From: Octopus sinensis
Taxonomy: Eukaryota
NCBI RefSeq assembly: GCF_006345805.1
Contig: NW_021836568.1
Coordinates: 1-24,387, forward strand
DNA: 24,387 nucleotides
Direction of reading: 5' to 3'
Positions 23,496 through 24,387 of this stretch are shown here, piece by piece. How positions within the stretch are numbered: position 1 is the stretch's first letter; every line of letters begins with the position of its first letter. The notes below the pieces were generated by a model. It saw only the letters and a program-made list of their open reading frames with translations, did not search any database and was not told where the DNA came from. Both the position numbers and the translations under genes were made by a program.

Positions 23496-24080
23496 ATATT
23501 CTTTTCTACTCTAGGCACAAGGCCCGAAATTTTGGGGAAAGGGGCCAGTCAATTAGATAGACCCAGTACGCAACTAGTACTTAATTTATCGATCCAGAAT
23601 GGATGAAAGGCAAAGTCGACCTCGGCGGAATTTGAACTCAGAACGTAAAGAGAGACGAAATACCTATTTCCTTACAACCCACAAGGGACTAAACACAGAG
23701 GGGACAAACAAGGACAGACAAAAGGATTAAGTCGATTACATCGATCCCAGTGCGTAACTGGTACTTATTTAATCGACCCCGAAAGGATGAAAGGCAAAGT
23801 CGACCTCAGCGGAATTTGAACTCAGAACATAAAGAGAGACGAAATACCTATTTCTTTACTACCCACAAGGGACTAAACACAGAGGGGACAAACAAGGACA
23901 GACAAAAGGATTAAGTCGATTACATCGATCCCAGTGCGTAACTGGTACTTATTTAATCGACCTCGAAAGGATGAAAGGCAAAGTCGACCTCGGCGGAATT
24001 TGAACTCAGAACGTAGCAGCAGACGAAATACCGCTAAGCATTTCGCAGGCGTGTTACAGTTTCCGCCACCTCGCCACCTT
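23496..24080 (-). mobile_element. SINE family B with 184-bp internal tandem amplification
   Basis: GGATGAAAGGCAAAGTCGACC at 23601, 23785 and 23969 (period 184); one head at 24080 and one type Y tail at about 23496. Confidence 0.9.
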
Positions 24081-24387
24081 TTACGTAACGGATATTGCCA
24101 TTATTATTAATGAAATACTCGTAAGATGACGCCACTAAAAAACTTTAGTGTTTTCTCTTTTCTGCATGTACTCTGTGATCTCTCTGACTGAAAAGACCTG
24201 TGACAGGAAGTCTGGACATTAATACGGGTTCTCCTATCAGTTTTCTCTTTTGATATGAAGGAACGTACGTGGAGTTGTTCTTAATATTGTATATGTGTCA
24301 TGCAACTTTAAGTCACACTGTGGGTGCGCGCGAGTGCTTACATATATGTATTGTATATAAACAAACACACGCACAACACACACACCA

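Overview
AT-rich, microsatellite-saturated eukaryotic DNA, most likely from an octopus or other coleoid cephalopod. That assignment is an inference from the look of the tRNA-derived SINE families and was not verified by search. No host gene can be called with confidence, and nearly all ORFs in the supplied track are translations of simple repeats. Main contents: (1) A head-to-tail array of nine ~136-142 bp units (3156-4398). Each unit carries a minimal type-I hammerhead ribozyme motif on the minus strand (CUGAUGA-A-GAGC/GUAG/GCUC-GAAA), resembling a Penelope/retrozyme-type satellite. (2) An apparently full-length ~6.1 kb L1/Tx1-type LINE (about 12964-19105, +). ORF1 has a zinc knuckle and ORF2 has APE endonuclease, RT and a C-terminal Cys/His motif. 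It lies between two (TCTA)n arrays, and its ORFs are broken mainly by small indels. (3) A ~390 bp-arm inverted duplication (about 9172-10011) whose arms each contain a second, degenerate hammerhead-like motif. (4) A 231 bp MITE-like hairpin and a one-ended hAT-like fragment. (5) More than a dozen SINE copies or fragments from at least three families, two with internal tandem amplification. Indel-only differences between repeat copies suggest long-read consensus errors, so single-base details need checking against reads.
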